Shown one piece after another: positions 49,820-59,445 of a stretch of DNA of 64,000 bases (its first letter is position 1; each line of letters begins with the position of its first letter). The notes beneath the pieces are model-generated. The model made no database searches and had not been told where the DNA came from. It saw only the letters and a program-made list of their open reading frames with translations. A program made the position numbers and the translations under genes. The stretch is from the NCBI GenBank assembly GCA_046313635.1, contig JBKBYA010000011.1:1-64000 (forward strand). The letters are read 5' to 3'. This DNA is from Pyrinomonadaceae bacterium. GTDB taxonomy: Bacteria; Acidobacteriota; Blastocatellia; Pyrinomonadales; Pyrinomonadaceae.

Positions 49820-49882
49820 CCGACGCTCCAGGCCGGCTCGTATTCACCCGATCACTTTTCCCAACTGAGGAGCTTATTGAGT

Positions 49883-50749
49883 ATGAAAGTTAGAGGATTG
49901 TACTTTGTGTTTTCGCTGTGCCTGCTCGTGTGCATGGCCTCGGTCGCCGCGGCGCAGGAGACGATGTCAAACGACGACGTCATCTCGCTCACCAAGGCCG
50001 GCCTCGCCCCAAGCGTCGTTATCGGCAAGATCCGCACGTCAAAGGCAAATTTTGACCTCTCGACCGACGGCCTGATCAAACTCAAGCAGGCCGGCGTCGG
50101 CGACGACGTCGTCGCGGCCATGCTCGAAGCAAAGGCCGGCAAATCGATCACGGCACCGGCCGGCGGAGCCGATGCGGCCGGCGACCCCAACGATCCGATG
50201 TCGAAGCACAGCTATGGCATCTATCTTTACGAAGAAAGGGACGGCCAGCGCCGGATGACGCAGCTCAAGCCCAATGTCTCGGCTCAGAACCGCACGGGCG
50301 GGATGTTCACCGCATCTGTAACGCCCTTCGGCTTGGGCAAGGTAAAGACCAAGGCCAACCTGCCCGGGCGGACCGCCGAGATGCAGATCACAACGACGGC
50401 CCCGGTCTTTTATTTTTACCTCGACGTCACGAGCGGAGGACTCAACACCGCGAGCGGCATCCCGTCCAGCCCGAGCGAGTTCACTCTCGTACGCTTCAAC
50501 CAGCGCAGCGATAACCGAGAGGTCACGATAGCAAAGGCCAACTCATGGGGCGGGAAGGGCGGCCTCTCGGACGAGTATGTCGTCCCGCTCAAGGCCGAAG
50601 ATCTCGGCAACGGCATTTTCCGTGTGACCCCGACCGTCGAACTTAAAAAAGGCGAGTACGGCTTTTACCTCGTCAACTCGGGCAACTCGAACGTCAACGC
50701 CGGTATCGGCTCAAAGTTCTTCGACTTTGGCATCAACCCCGTGCCGTAA
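49883..50749 (+). CDS. secreted hypothetical protein
   Basis: Signal peptide; helical MSNDDVISLTKAGL...FDLSTDGLIKLKQAGV domain; beta-rich C-terminus ending FDFGI. Confidence 0.8.
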   Translation: MKVRGLYFVFSLCLLVCMASVAAAQETMSNDDVISLTKAGLAPSVVIGKIRTSKANFDLSTDGLIKLKQAGVGDDVVAAMLEAKAGKSITAPAGGADAAGDPNDPMSKHSYGIYLYEERDGQRRMTQLKPNVSAQNRTGGMFTASVTPFGLGKVKTKANLPGRTAEMQITTTAPVFYFYLDVTSGGLNTASGIPSSPSEFTLVRFNQRSDNREVTIAKANSWGGKGGLSDEYVVPLKAEDLGNGIFRVTPTVELKKGEYGFYLVNSGNSNVNAGIGSKFFDFGINPVP

Positions 50750-50805
50750 ACGAAAAGGCCGGGCGGGCCTTAAGGCGCAGTGCCCAGAAATGTTGTAGTC
50801 GCCGA

Positions 50806-51012
50806 CTACACCAAGATTTCCCTTTCCGGAAATTCATGCCAGCACCGCGTGCAGAAGCGGTGCATTTTTCTGTCTTCTTTTTTGTAGATGGCCGAGCCGG
50901 GGAGGCTTTCGGTGAGGCGGCGTTCGTCGTCCGTGAGGTCGTCGTAGTGGACGATGCGGTGAAAGCCGCACTTCGGGCAGGCGTCGGTGAATGGTGCGTT
51001 TAGCTGCGGCAT
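50806..51012 (-). CDS. small Cys-pair (zinc-ribbon-like) protein
   Basis: CPKC...HRFCTRC in 68 aa; fills the intergenic gap. Confidence 0.6.
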   Translation of the reverse strand: MPQLNAPFTDACPKCGFHRIVHYDDLTDDERRLTESLPGSAIYKKEDRKMHRFCTRCWHEFPEREILV

Positions 51013-51098
51013 TGCGCTTTTTGCTCGGGCGGAGATTCGGTTTAGTATTCTACCAGCAAATCCGGACCATTTATTCGACCTGTCTGATCACACCGACG

Positions 51099-53966
51099 AT
51101 GAAAAGCAAATCACTGTTTGTATCGGCGGCACTCGTGTGCCTCGCTCTCATCAGCCTCGCTTCGGCGCAGAACACCGGCGACGAACCGAAGTTCGACTTT
51201 TACACCCGCGGCGAGTACCGCGCAAATGTTCCGCGCCCGCAGAGCATTTTGCGCTTCGACGTCGGCGACCACCACACGACCTACGCCCAGATGGAAGAGG
51301 TCATCCGCGCCATCGCCGCCGCCTCGCCCGACCGCGTGCGCATCTTCGACATCGGTCTCACGAACGAGCATCGCATGCAGCACATCGTCGCGATCTCGTC
51401 GCCGGAGAATATCGCACGGCTCGATCAGATCAAGGCCGACGTCGCGCGCCTCGCCGACCCGCGACGAACCTCGGCGGCCGACGCGCAGGCGATCGCCCAA
51501 AATACGCCGGCCGTCGCCTGGATGGCGTACACCATTCACGGCAACGAGTCGGCGTCGTTCGAGACGATGATGCAGGTCATCTATCAACTCGCCGCATCCA
51601 ACGAGCCCGCAACGCTCGACATTCTCAAGAATGTCGTCACGCTCGTCGTCACCGGCGAAAATCCCGACGGCCACGAGCGCTTTGCAACGTGGTACAACTC
51701 GGTCGCGACCGGCGACCCGAACCGCTCTGCCCTCGAGCATCGCGAGCCGTGGAGCGTCTACGGCCGCGTCAATCATTACCGATTTGACCTCAACCGCGAC
51801 ACGCTCGCCGTCACGCAGGCCGAAACCAAAAATATGATGAAGGCCTTTATGGAATGGAACCCGCAGGTCGCCGTCGATCATCACGGACAGCCTTCGCAGT
51901 ACTTTTTTCCGCCGACGGCGCTGCCGATCAATCCGAATCTGCCGCAGCCGATGACCGCCAAATGGAACGAATTGTACGGCCGTGCAAACGCCGCTGCCTT
52001 TGACGCGAATCGCTGGGACTACTACGTCCGCGACATCTTTGACGCATTCTATCCGGGATACTGGGATATGTACCCGTCGCTCAACGGCGCGATCGGCATG
52101 ACGTACGAAACGGACGGCGGCGGATTCAAGGGCCTCCGCTGGCAGCGTGACGACGGCACGATCGCGACCTTTCGCTCGGCGATCGCCAAGCATTACGTCG
52201 CCTCGATGGCGACGCTCGAGGTTACCGCCAAGACTCGGGTCGAACGGCTCCGCGACTTTTACCAGTTCCGCGCCGGCGCGATGGCCGAGCACGCCAAGGC
52301 GCAGATGAAGCGGATCGTTATCCTGCCGGACAAAGATCCGGTCAAGGCCGCCGACCTCGTCGAGCGTCTGCAGCGTTCGAATATCGAGGTACGCGTCGCG
52401 AATGCCCCGTTTTCATCGACGGCCGCACGCAGCTATATGGACGCCAAAGGCGCGGCCGCATCGTCGCGCACCTTCGCCGCCGGGGCGTATGTTATCGACC
52501 TAAACCAGCCGCAGCGAATCTTGATCAAGTCGATCCTCGAGCCGGATACGCCGCAGGACAAGGCCTTTGTCGAGGACAACATGGCGCGGTTCAAACGCAA
52601 CCAGATGCGCGGCTCGGGTCAGGCGAAGGAAGATTACGGCTTTTACGACATCACCGCCTGGTCGCTGCCGCTCGCATACGGCCTGGACGCGTACTGGACC
52701 GAGGACGCGGGTGAAATTTCTGCCGCTCCCGTGACCGCCGACACTCTCGCCGCCGCCCGGCGCGGGTCGGTCGCAGGCCGCGCGGCGGTCTCCTACATCA
52801 TTCCCTACGAAACGGACGGCGCGGCCGTAATGGCGATTCGCCTGCTCCAGCAGGGCTACCGCGTCGCCGTTGCGACCCGCACGATGAACGCCGCCGGACG
52901 CAACTGGAACCGCGGCACATTTGTCGTCCGCATGACCCGCAACAGCGACTCGGCCCACGACGCCGTCGCCAAGCTTGCCGGCGAGCTCGGCGTTCGCGTT
53001 TTTGCCGCAAATACGGGCTTCGCAGACGAAGGCGACACGGGCGTCGGCGGCGAGGCCGTGGTCTCGCTGCAGGCGCCGAAGATCGCGATGCTCGCCGACG
53101 AGGCGGTCGATCAGACGTCGTACGGCTCGATCTGGTGGACATTCGACCGCTACGGGATAAAGTTCACGTCGATGACCGCCTCGAGCATCCGCGGCGGAGC
53201 GCTGAAGGGCTACAACGTCCTGATCCTGCCCGACGGCTCGGCAAGCCGATATATGTCGCTCTTCGGCAACGGCGGAGTCTCGACTCTCAAGAGCTTTGCA
53301 TCCGAAGGCGGTACGGTCGTCACCGTCCGCGGAGCGTCGGTCTTTGCAGCATTAAAGGATGTCGGTCTGACGACCTCGAAACTCGTCGGCAGCGCCGACG
53401 ACGAAGACAAGGGCAAGTCCACGCTCGACGAACCCGCCGCAGCGAAGCCGTCACCCACACCCACGCCCGCAGCCAAACCCGGCGCCAAGCGCGAGCTCGC
53501 CGAAACAAATCCGAATCCGACCGTCGAGATGCGCACCGACAAGGACGACGGCGTCGCACCCGCGCTTCCGCCCATCGCTTCGCCGTCCGCCAACGCGAAC
53601 AAGGTCCCCGAGGCCCTGCCCGGCTCGATAATGCGCGCGACCGTCGATCGTACGACGTACCTGACCTACGGTATCGAGCAGGACGAGCTGCCGGTGCTGC
53701 TCGCGAGCGGCTACTTTTTTAGATACTCAAAAGAGGGCAGCAACGCGCTCGTCTTTGCCGCAAATCCGGAAAGACCTTTGACGATCTCTGGTTTTGTCTG
53801 GGAGGGCAACACCGAACGCCTGCTCGCCGGCACCGCGTACGTCATCGACGAGTCGACCGGCGCGGGCCACGTCATCCTGTTCGCCGAGGAGCCCTTCTTC
53901 CGCGGGATCTTTCGCTCGACCACCCGGCCCTTTATGAACTCGATACTTTTTAACGGCGCGTTCTGA
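51099..53966 (+). CDS. M14-family zinc carboxypeptidase with C-terminal GATase-like domain, exported
   Basis: Signal peptide; IHGNE, NPDGHER, NHYRFDLNRD, VDHH and YDITAWSLPLAYG. Confidence 0.9.
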   Translation: MKSKSLFVSAALVCLALISLASAQNTGDEPKFDFYTRGEYRANVPRPQSILRFDVGDHHTTYAQMEEVIRAIAAASPDRVRIFDIGLTNEHRMQHIVAISSPENIARLDQIKADVARLADPRRTSAADAQAIAQNTPAVAWMAYTIHGNESASFETMMQVIYQLAASNEPATLDILKNVVTLVVTGENPDGHERFATWYNSVATGDPNRSALEHREPWSVYGRVNHYRFDLNRDTLAVTQAETKNMMKAFMEWNPQVAVDHHGQPSQYFFPPTALPINPNLPQPMTAKWNELYGRANAAAFDANRWDYYVRDIFDAFYPGYWDMYPSLNGAIGMTYETDGGGFKGLRWQRDDGTIATFRSAIAKHYVASMATLEVTAKTRVERLRDFYQFRAGAMAEHAKAQMKRIVILPDKDPVKAADLVERLQRSNIEVRVANAPFSSTAARSYMDAKGAAASSRTFAAGAYVIDLNQPQRILIKSILEPDTPQDKAFVEDNMARFKRNQMRGSGQAKEDYGFYDITAWSLPLAYGLDAYWTEDAGEISAAPVTADTLAAARRGSVAGRAAVSYIIPYETDGAAVMAIRLLQQGYRVAVATRTMNAAGRNWNRGTFVVRMTRNSDSAHDAVAKLAGELGVRVFAANTGFADEGDTGVGGEAVVSLQAPKIAMLADEAVDQTSYGSIWWTFDRYGIKFTSMTASSIRGGALKGYNVLILPDGSASRYMSLFGNGGVSTLKSFASEGGTVVTVRGASVFAALKDVGLTTSKLVGSADDEDKGKSTLDEPAAAKPSPTPTPAAKPGAKRELAETNPNPTVEMRTDKDDGVAPALPPIASPSANANKVPEALPGSIMRATVDRTTYLTYGIEQDELPVLLASGYFFRYSKEGSNALVFAANPERPLTISGFVWEGNTERLLAGTAYVIDESTGAGHVILFAEEPFFRGIFRSTTRPFMNSILFNGAF

Positions 53967-54015
53967 GCTTTGATAGAATCGAAATATCAAAGCTAGGGAG
54001 TGTTAAATAAGTCAT

Positions 54016-54501
54016 ATGTTCACGGTTAGGGCGGGTTACAGCGATCAGATCGAGGTCAGGACAAGTGCGGACAAAGTGCGCGAATTCTTTGCGGATTATC
54101 GAAATTTCGTCGAATTGATGCCGGGCATCAATTCGATCCACACGGACGCGAAAGGTGTCGCTCACTGGAAGATACAGGCTGAAATACCTTTGGTCGGCCA
54201 AATGATCCAAAAATTCGCCGTCGAGCTCGCCGAGGCCACGGAAGAAAGGATCGAGTGGTTTCCCGTAAGATCGGAGGCGCAGAATTTCTTAAGGTATTCG
54301 GCGGACTTTTTGGAAAAGGCCCGAAACGTTACTGTCGTTCAGTTCACTCAAATGGTAGAGCTCCGACGCCGCTCGGCCCGTGAGCTGCATATGCTGGCGG
54401 GCGTCGTCGGTGAATCCGTGATCAGTAACGAGATGAGCAAAAAGATCTCCGAGATGATCCGCACCTTCATCCAACGGGCAAAAGAGAAGCTTGAAAAATA
54501 G
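54016..54501 (+). CDS. SRPBCC/START-fold (polyketide cyclase/CoxG-like) protein
   Basis: IEVRTSADKVREFFADY.NF.ELMPGI.SI N-terminus and long C-terminal helix typical of the fold. Confidence 0.7.
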   Translation: MFTVRAGYSDQIEVRTSADKVREFFADYRNFVELMPGINSIHTDAKGVAHWKIQAEIPLVGQMIQKFAVELAEATEERIEWFPVRSEAQNFLRYSADFLEKARNVTVVQFTQMVELRRRSARELHMLAGVVGESVISNEMSKKISEMIRTFIQRAKEKLEK

Positions 54502-54554
54502 ATGATTTGAATTTCTTTTTTTCGCAAAAACCTCGTTCAGTTCCGCGTTAGGGG

Positions 54555-54605
54555 TTGACGAGGTTTTTATTTTGCCCTATTCTCTTATTGAAATTGATTT
54601 TCAAT
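54555..54605 (+). promoter_or_regulatory. sigma70 promoter with downstream Fur-box-like palindrome
   Basis: TTGACG-17bp-TATTCT (54555-54583); ATTGAAATTGATTTTCAAT (54587-54605), a 19-bp near-palindrome. Confidence 0.7.
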
Positions 54606-54612
54606 TTCTCGT

Positions 54613-54891
54613 ATGCAGAACACAAAAGCTCACAACCTGCTCCCGGTCGCTGCCGATGACAAAATGATCGAGGTCGCGATCGAAGGCGATGAGGCCGTCG
54701 TTAAATTGGCTACGTGGACCGATGGACTCGGATGGTCGACCCAAAAAACGATGGTGCTCGACGAGACCCTTCTAGAGGAAATGAGCCGGCTCTTGACGGC
54801 CGCCAGAGCGCGTTTGAAAGCGCAAAGGTCAGATGAAGAGAGTCGCCATGCTCCAGTGTCGCGGGTACTTAAGTTCCCCGTTTTGAGTTAG
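54613..54891 (+). CDS. small hypothetical protein (92 aa), probably iron-regulated
   Basis: ORF between the promoter/operator and a terminator; TWTDGLGWSTQKT motif; no family recognised. Confidence 0.7.
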   Translation: MQNTKAHNLLPVAADDKMIEVAIEGDEAVVKLATWTDGLGWSTQKTMVLDETLLEEMSRLLTAARARLKAQRSDEESRHAPVSRVLKFPVLS

Positions 54892-54909
54892 ATCTGCCGT
54901 CAAATGATC

Positions 54910-54942
54910 AAGGGTCGAACCGGATTTCGGTTCGACCCTTTA
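54910..54942. terminator. bidirectional terminator
   Basis: AAGGGTCGAACCG-loop-CGGTTCGACCCTT between convergent genes. Confidence 0.8.
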
Positions 54943-54965
54943 TTATTGTCGCAGGCTTTGTCCTC

Positions 54966-55427
54966 CTAGCTGACCTCTCTGAGTATTATCCTGTCCGAGT
55001 TTACGCGAGCCTGACGCTCAGAGGTCAGTTTTTCGAGTTCCTCGACGTGCATCTGCTCGTCCGCGATGCGGCCTTCGAGCCAGAATTTGGTCGGCAGGTC
55101 CTGGTCGTCGCAGCTTCCCCACGCCGACATATATGCCGCGATCGCGTCGCGCTCGAGCTGCAGGTCCTGCTGCAGCATATCCTTAAGCTCGACGGCCTGC
55201 CGGATCATCGCGGGCTCGACCGTCGGGATGCCGCCGAGAGCGACGATCTTGTCGCCGAGTTCCTCGGCGTGATCTTGCGCCTCCGAGGCCTGAGCACGGA
55301 AAAAATCCTTAAAGACCTGGCGGTCGGGCCCGGTGACGAGATAGCTGTGCTGCGAGTATTGAATGACGCCCGCGAGTTCAAAACTCAAAGCCTGATTTAG
55401 ATTGTCGATCAATTCTGCCCGTGCCAT
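54966..55427 (-). CDS. ferritin-like / bacterioferritin-family protein
   Basis: LN.AL..EL..V.QY..H, E..DHA..L..KI..LGG.P, DL.LE..AI..Y and DEQMH di-iron ligand pattern. Confidence 0.85.
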   Translation of the reverse strand: MARAELIDNLNQALSFELAGVIQYSQHSYLVTGPDRQVFKDFFRAQASEAQDHAEELGDKIVALGGIPTVEPAMIRQAVELKDMLQQDLQLERDAIAAYMSAWGSCDDQDLPTKFWLEGRIADEQMHVEELEKLTSERQARVNSDRIILREVS

Positions 55428-55461
55428 TTGTTTCTCCTCTGTTGCGGTCTTGACAATGCAA

Positions 55462-55538
55462 AGACTAGCAAAAGCACGGCGGCCGCGTCAATTAAATCTA
55501 ATGTTTTCAATTAATTAGTATCGACTTTCATTTTCAAG
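55462..55538 (-). promoter_or_regulatory. promoter of the ferritin-like gene with upstream AT-rich Fur-like half sites
   Basis: Minus strand TTGACG-18bp-TAGTCT (55491-55462), preceded by TTGAAAATGAAAGTCGA and ATTGAAAACATT. Confidence 0.45.
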
Positions 55539-55546
55539 AAGCTTAC

Positions 55547-56296
55547 CTATGTCACGGCGCCGCCGTCGACGATGACGATCTCCCCGTTCATAAAACTGTT
55601 GCGGTCACTCGCCATAAAGGCCGCGTACTCGGCTAGTTCGCCTGGACGCCCCAGTCGTCCCTTCGATACCCAGAAGTCGTGCATCTGCAGCAGTCTCTCC
55701 GGCAGAGTGTTGCCGAGGTCGGTATCGAATATACCGGCCGCGATCGCGTTGACCGTGATGCCAAAATTCGCCGCCTCTCGAGACAGGCATTTGGTAAATC
55801 CGATCATGGCCGCCTTGGACGTCGCGTAGTGGACGCTTGTCGGCAGGCTGCGGATCGCTCCGACCGAGGTGATGTTGAGGATCGAGCCCGCCCTTTCACG
55901 GATCATCTGCTTGTAGAACGGCTTTGTGACCGCGAAGAGGCTGTTGACGTTTGTGTCGATCACCCAATCCCACGACTTATCGGTGGTAGTAGCAAAATTA
56001 TCGGCCTTGTTCACCGCTGCATTGTTGACCAGCACGTTGATCGGGCCCCATTCCTGCAGCAGCTCGCGCGCGACGTGCTTCATCCCGTAGCGGTCGGTCA
56101 CCGAGACCTTGAACGACCGCGCCCGGCGGCCTAGTGCCTCGATCTTATCGCGTACCTGTGCGGCCAGGTCGTCGCTCGAGTGGTAATTGAATGCTACGTC
56201 GGCTCCCTCGCGTGCAAATACCTCGCATATCGCCGCTCCGATGCCGCGCGTACCGCCAGACACAAAGGCACGCTTTCCTTCGAGTAAAAGAGTCAA
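55547..56296 (-). CDS. SDR-family oxidoreductase (FabG-like)
   Basis: SGGTRGIG, LVNNAA, YATSK (YxxxK) and ITVNAIAAG. Confidence 0.92.
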   Translation of the reverse strand: MTLLLEGKRAFVSGGTRGIGAAICEVFAREGADVAFNYHSSDDLAAQVRDKIEALGRRARSFKVSVTDRYGMKHVARELLQEWGPINVLVNNAAVNKADNFATTTDKSWDWVIDTNVNSLFAVTKPFYKQMIRERAGSILNITSVGAIRSLPTSVHYATSKAAMIGFTKCLSREAANFGITVNAIAAGIFDTDLGNTLPERLLQMHDFWVSKGRLGRPGELAEYAAFMASDRNSFMNGEIVIVDGGAVT

Positions 56297-56595
56297 TTTT
56301 AGATTCTCCGCCTGCGTTTCAGATCTGAGTTATTAACCAAATTTAGAGGTTAAATAAATCGGTCCACCGTGACAAGTCGGTCGGCGCCGCTGGCATACGC
56401 ATTGCCCTGTTTGCATGTCAGAGGCGGGCACCGTGGTCGTTCCACGCAGTATCTTCGGGGTTTAGGGGCCGTCGTCGATCGGGCCGCCGCCGATCTTACT
56501 AAAGTTTGTCAATTCGCACGTGACAAAATTTGTCGCCGCGTCGCCCATGCCGGCAGCCTGGCTTTCGAAACACCCAACGATCAAGTAGGCACAAT

Positions 56596-57516
56596 ATGTC
56601 CATATCCACCGATGCAGTCAATGTCGCTCCCGAGCGTCTGATGCAGATCAACAGGCTCATCCGCGTCGCGGGCACCGAGGCTGTCAGACTCCGCATCGTC
56701 GAGCGCTTCCTCTCGGAGGTCGAACGCAGGATCATGAAGATCTCGACGCTTGTCTTTGACGTCGAGCGTGTACGAACGGCGATCCAGATCCTGAAGGAGC
56801 TCTCGGTCGAGGATGATGAGGAGGTATGCTTCGAGGCGGAATTTCGACTTGAGCAGGAATTCAAGCTTTGGCGCACTCTCATCGAGCAGCGTGACGCCCA
56901 GATCGAGACCTACCATTACCGGCGGTTCATCGACTCGACGATCGAGCCGCTCAGCGACGAGATATTTATTTCACTGACATTGTTCTATCGCACGATACCG
57001 TTCACGCCGTCGTCGCAGAGCAAATTTGACCTCGCGGTGACACGGCTGTTCACCGGTCCAAGAACGAGCGAGATCCGCACGCCGCGCTTCTCGCGCGAGG
57101 AGATGGCCGCGAAACTCACTACGCTTTACGCGAATGCCGGATGTCCCGCGGGCGACGCAGGCGACACCGAGGCCGCGGTGGCAACGATCGACGCCTTTAT
57201 CGGTGAAGCGCGAAGCTTCGAGAACGTCGAGGACCTCATACAGTCGGGGATCTTCGGCCGATATAGACAATTCAAACGCGAGCTTGCGGAACGCTTTTTT
57301 GAGCCCGAAATAATTGCGGCCGGCATCGAGTGCAACTTGGTATTCGGCAACTCGTTCGATCTGCTCCTCAAGCGGGCAAAGGGCGGGCTGAGCGAAAAGC
57401 TCACCGGCGGGGTCGACCTTGTGGGTGTACTTCACGACGCCGCGCCCGGAGCACGCGAGCATGTCAGCGATCTGCTGTCTAAGATGTTCAGGGTTGAGGA
57501 CAACGATAGCGACTGA
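56596..57516 (+). CDS. hypothetical acidic alpha-helical protein
   Basis: Long ORF with coding-like composition filling the gap; no family recognised. Confidence 0.65.
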   Translation: MSISTDAVNVAPERLMQINRLIRVAGTEAVRLRIVERFLSEVERRIMKISTLVFDVERVRTAIQILKELSVEDDEEVCFEAEFRLEQEFKLWRTLIEQRDAQIETYHYRRFIDSTIEPLSDEIFISLTLFYRTIPFTPSSQSKFDLAVTRLFTGPRTSEIRTPRFSREEMAAKLTTLYANAGCPAGDAGDTEAAVATIDAFIGEARSFENVEDLIQSGIFGRYRQFKRELAERFFEPEIIAAGIECNLVFGNSFDLLLKRAKGGLSEKLTGGVDLVGVLHDAAPGAREHVSDLLSKMFRVEDNDSD

Positions 57517-57533
57517 CCTGACGGCGATCGAAA

Positions 57534-58715
57534 CTAGGCTGCCTGCGCTTTTGCGGCCGACGTTCCTTTCGGAAGCATTGCTGCGATCTCGCGGACGATC
57601 TGCTCGGTCGAATTGGGCATCGTCAGTCCGGCGGTCGCAGCTTTCATTTGAAAATACTTTTGCCGGTCGGCCGCAAGCTCCCTGATCGCCGGAACTATAT
57701 CGGCGGGCCTTTTCAGCAATATTCCCGCCCCGCGCTTTTCGAGCAGCTTGACGGTGCCCGCCTCTTGCGGCATCGGCGGCGTGATCGCGTCGGCGATGAT
57801 CGGGAGGCGGCAGGCGAGCGCTTCGAAGGTGGTCAGGCCGCCGAGCTTCGAGACCATGACATTCGCCGAATGCATTAGTCGTTCGATCTCGTCCGAGTAA
57901 CCGATCACACGTACGGGAAAGCGGGCGGTCTTTGCGATCTGCTCGGCCTCGCGGCGCAGGTCCTCGTTTTTCCCTGCGAGAAAAATGGCCTGTACGTCCA
58001 ACTCGCCGCGGACGAGCTCCCTGAATATCTGCGGAATGTTGCCGCCGCCGACCCATCCCGCATTTACAAAAACGGTAAATTTGTCAGGGTCGAGGCCGTA
58101 GGCACGCCGCGCGCTCTGAGCGGCAGCTTCGTCGACCTCGCGAAACTTCGGATGGACCGGCATGCCTGAGATCTTGATCTTTTCGGACGAGACGCCGTAG
58201 TCGAGCAGCTGCTGCCGCGCGTCCTCGTTCGCGACCAGATAGAGCGAGACGTCGTCGCACGCCCATCCCTTCCAAAACCCGTAGCATGGATCGGTCACGA
58301 CCGTCACGAGCGGGATCTGGTCCGCAAGATCGAGGTCCTTTAGCACGCGAGCAAAGAAATGCTGTGTCAGCGGATGCACGCTTACTACGATGTGCGGGCA
58401 CCATTTTTCAAAGATCTCGTGGGCATAGGCGAGACAACGCTTGTGAAAGAACTCGCGCGTCTCGGGCCGAAAGCGATTGACGATCCAATAGAGATACTTC
58501 ATCCAGCCCTGGCGATGGCGAAGAACCCAGTTATAGAGATCGACGAGACGCTCGGTGATGTGATGAGACTCTTCGACCGCTCTGATCACTCTCACGGCGG
58601 CGGACTCGCCCTGCCAGAAGCGCTGCACGCCCTCGACCAACGCCTGAGCGGCGGAACGATGCCCGCCGCCGGTGTCGGATGAGATGATCAGGATTTTTGG
58701 GTTATTAGTAGGCAT
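57534..58715 (-). CDS. MGDG-synthase/UgtP-like GT28 glycosyltransferase
   Basis: ISSDTGGGHRSAAQAL, VSVHPL, VTVVTD, GMPV, SKLGGLTTFEAL and PQE. Confidence 0.9.
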   Translation of the reverse strand: MPTNNPKILIISSDTGGGHRSAAQALVEGVQRFWQGESAAVRVIRAVEESHHITERLVDLYNWVLRHRQGWMKYLYWIVNRFRPETREFFHKRCLAYAHEIFEKWCPHIVVSVHPLTQHFFARVLKDLDLADQIPLVTVVTDPCYGFWKGWACDDVSLYLVANEDARQQLLDYGVSSEKIKISGMPVHPKFREVDEAAAQSARRAYGLDPDKFTVFVNAGWVGGGNIPQIFRELVRGELDVQAIFLAGKNEDLRREAEQIAKTARFPVRVIGYSDEIERLMHSANVMVSKLGGLTTFEALACRLPIIADAITPPMPQEAGTVKLLEKRGAGILLKRPADIVPAIRELAADRQKYFQMKAATAGLTMPNSTEQIVREIAAMLPKGTSAAKAQAA

Positions 58716-58738
58716 CGAGGACAAAATTAACAGGTTTT

Positions 58739-59419
58739 TCAGTCGCTCAAATACTTGGCAAATTCCTTTTCAACTTCAACCAATCGCACCCGGACTACTT
58801 CGGCCTCTGCAACGAGTCCTACCGACCTCAACATGTCATAATGAGCCCTGAGCGTATCCCTCAATCTGCCGGGGTAGGAAAATCTGATCTCGTCACTTTC
58901 GACGCCAATACTGACGAAGGCCGCACGATACGTGCGTTCGGCTTTCTCGTAATATGCACGTGCGGATTGGATATCGTTGGATAAGCGGTAAGCGTGTCCC
59001 AAAAACGAAAGGATGTCGGCAGTATCTGCATCGGGCTCACTCGAATATGTTTCCCTGATTTCGACCGCCCTATTAAACAGTGGAATGGCCTCCTTCTGCC
59101 TCTGTTGCAAGAGCAACGCTATACCAAGAGAAACTCGAGCGCCTGACCGTTCAAGCAGCCGGTTAACCGGCAACTTCTCAGCTAACGAAATTGCGAGCTT
59201 GCACGATGACTCAGCCTTTATCCACTCCTTTGCTTTCAGAAATGCTCGGCATCGATCATCTTCCGCAAAAAACGCGCGATTTATACGGCCTGTCTCGCGC
59301 TCAGTTTTTAATCTTCTCTCGACCTCTTTCTGGTTCGTAGTGGCTGTTACCGTCACCTGTTGTGGAAAGGTAGCGGTGCTCAATAACGAGATTGCGAAAA
59401 CGAAAAGAAGTGGTTTCAT
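58739..59419 (-). CDS. secreted TPR-repeat protein
   Basis: Signal peptide; TPR helices (LGIALL.Q...EAIPLFNRAVEIRE, LGHAYR.....ARAYYEKA); AT-richer than its neighbours. Confidence 0.75.
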   Translation of the reverse strand: MKPLLFVFAISLLSTATFPQQVTVTATTNQKEVERRLKTERETGRINRAFFAEDDRCRAFLKAKEWIKAESSCKLAISLAEKLPVNRLLERSGARVSLGIALLLQQRQKEAIPLFNRAVEIRETYSSEPDADTADILSFLGHAYRLSNDIQSARAYYEKAERTYRAAFVSIGVESDEIRFSYPGRLRDTLRAHYDMLRSVGLVAEAEVVRVRLVEVEKEFAKYLSD

Positions 59420-59445
59420 CGGAAACTGTGCTCCGGATCCTTTTC

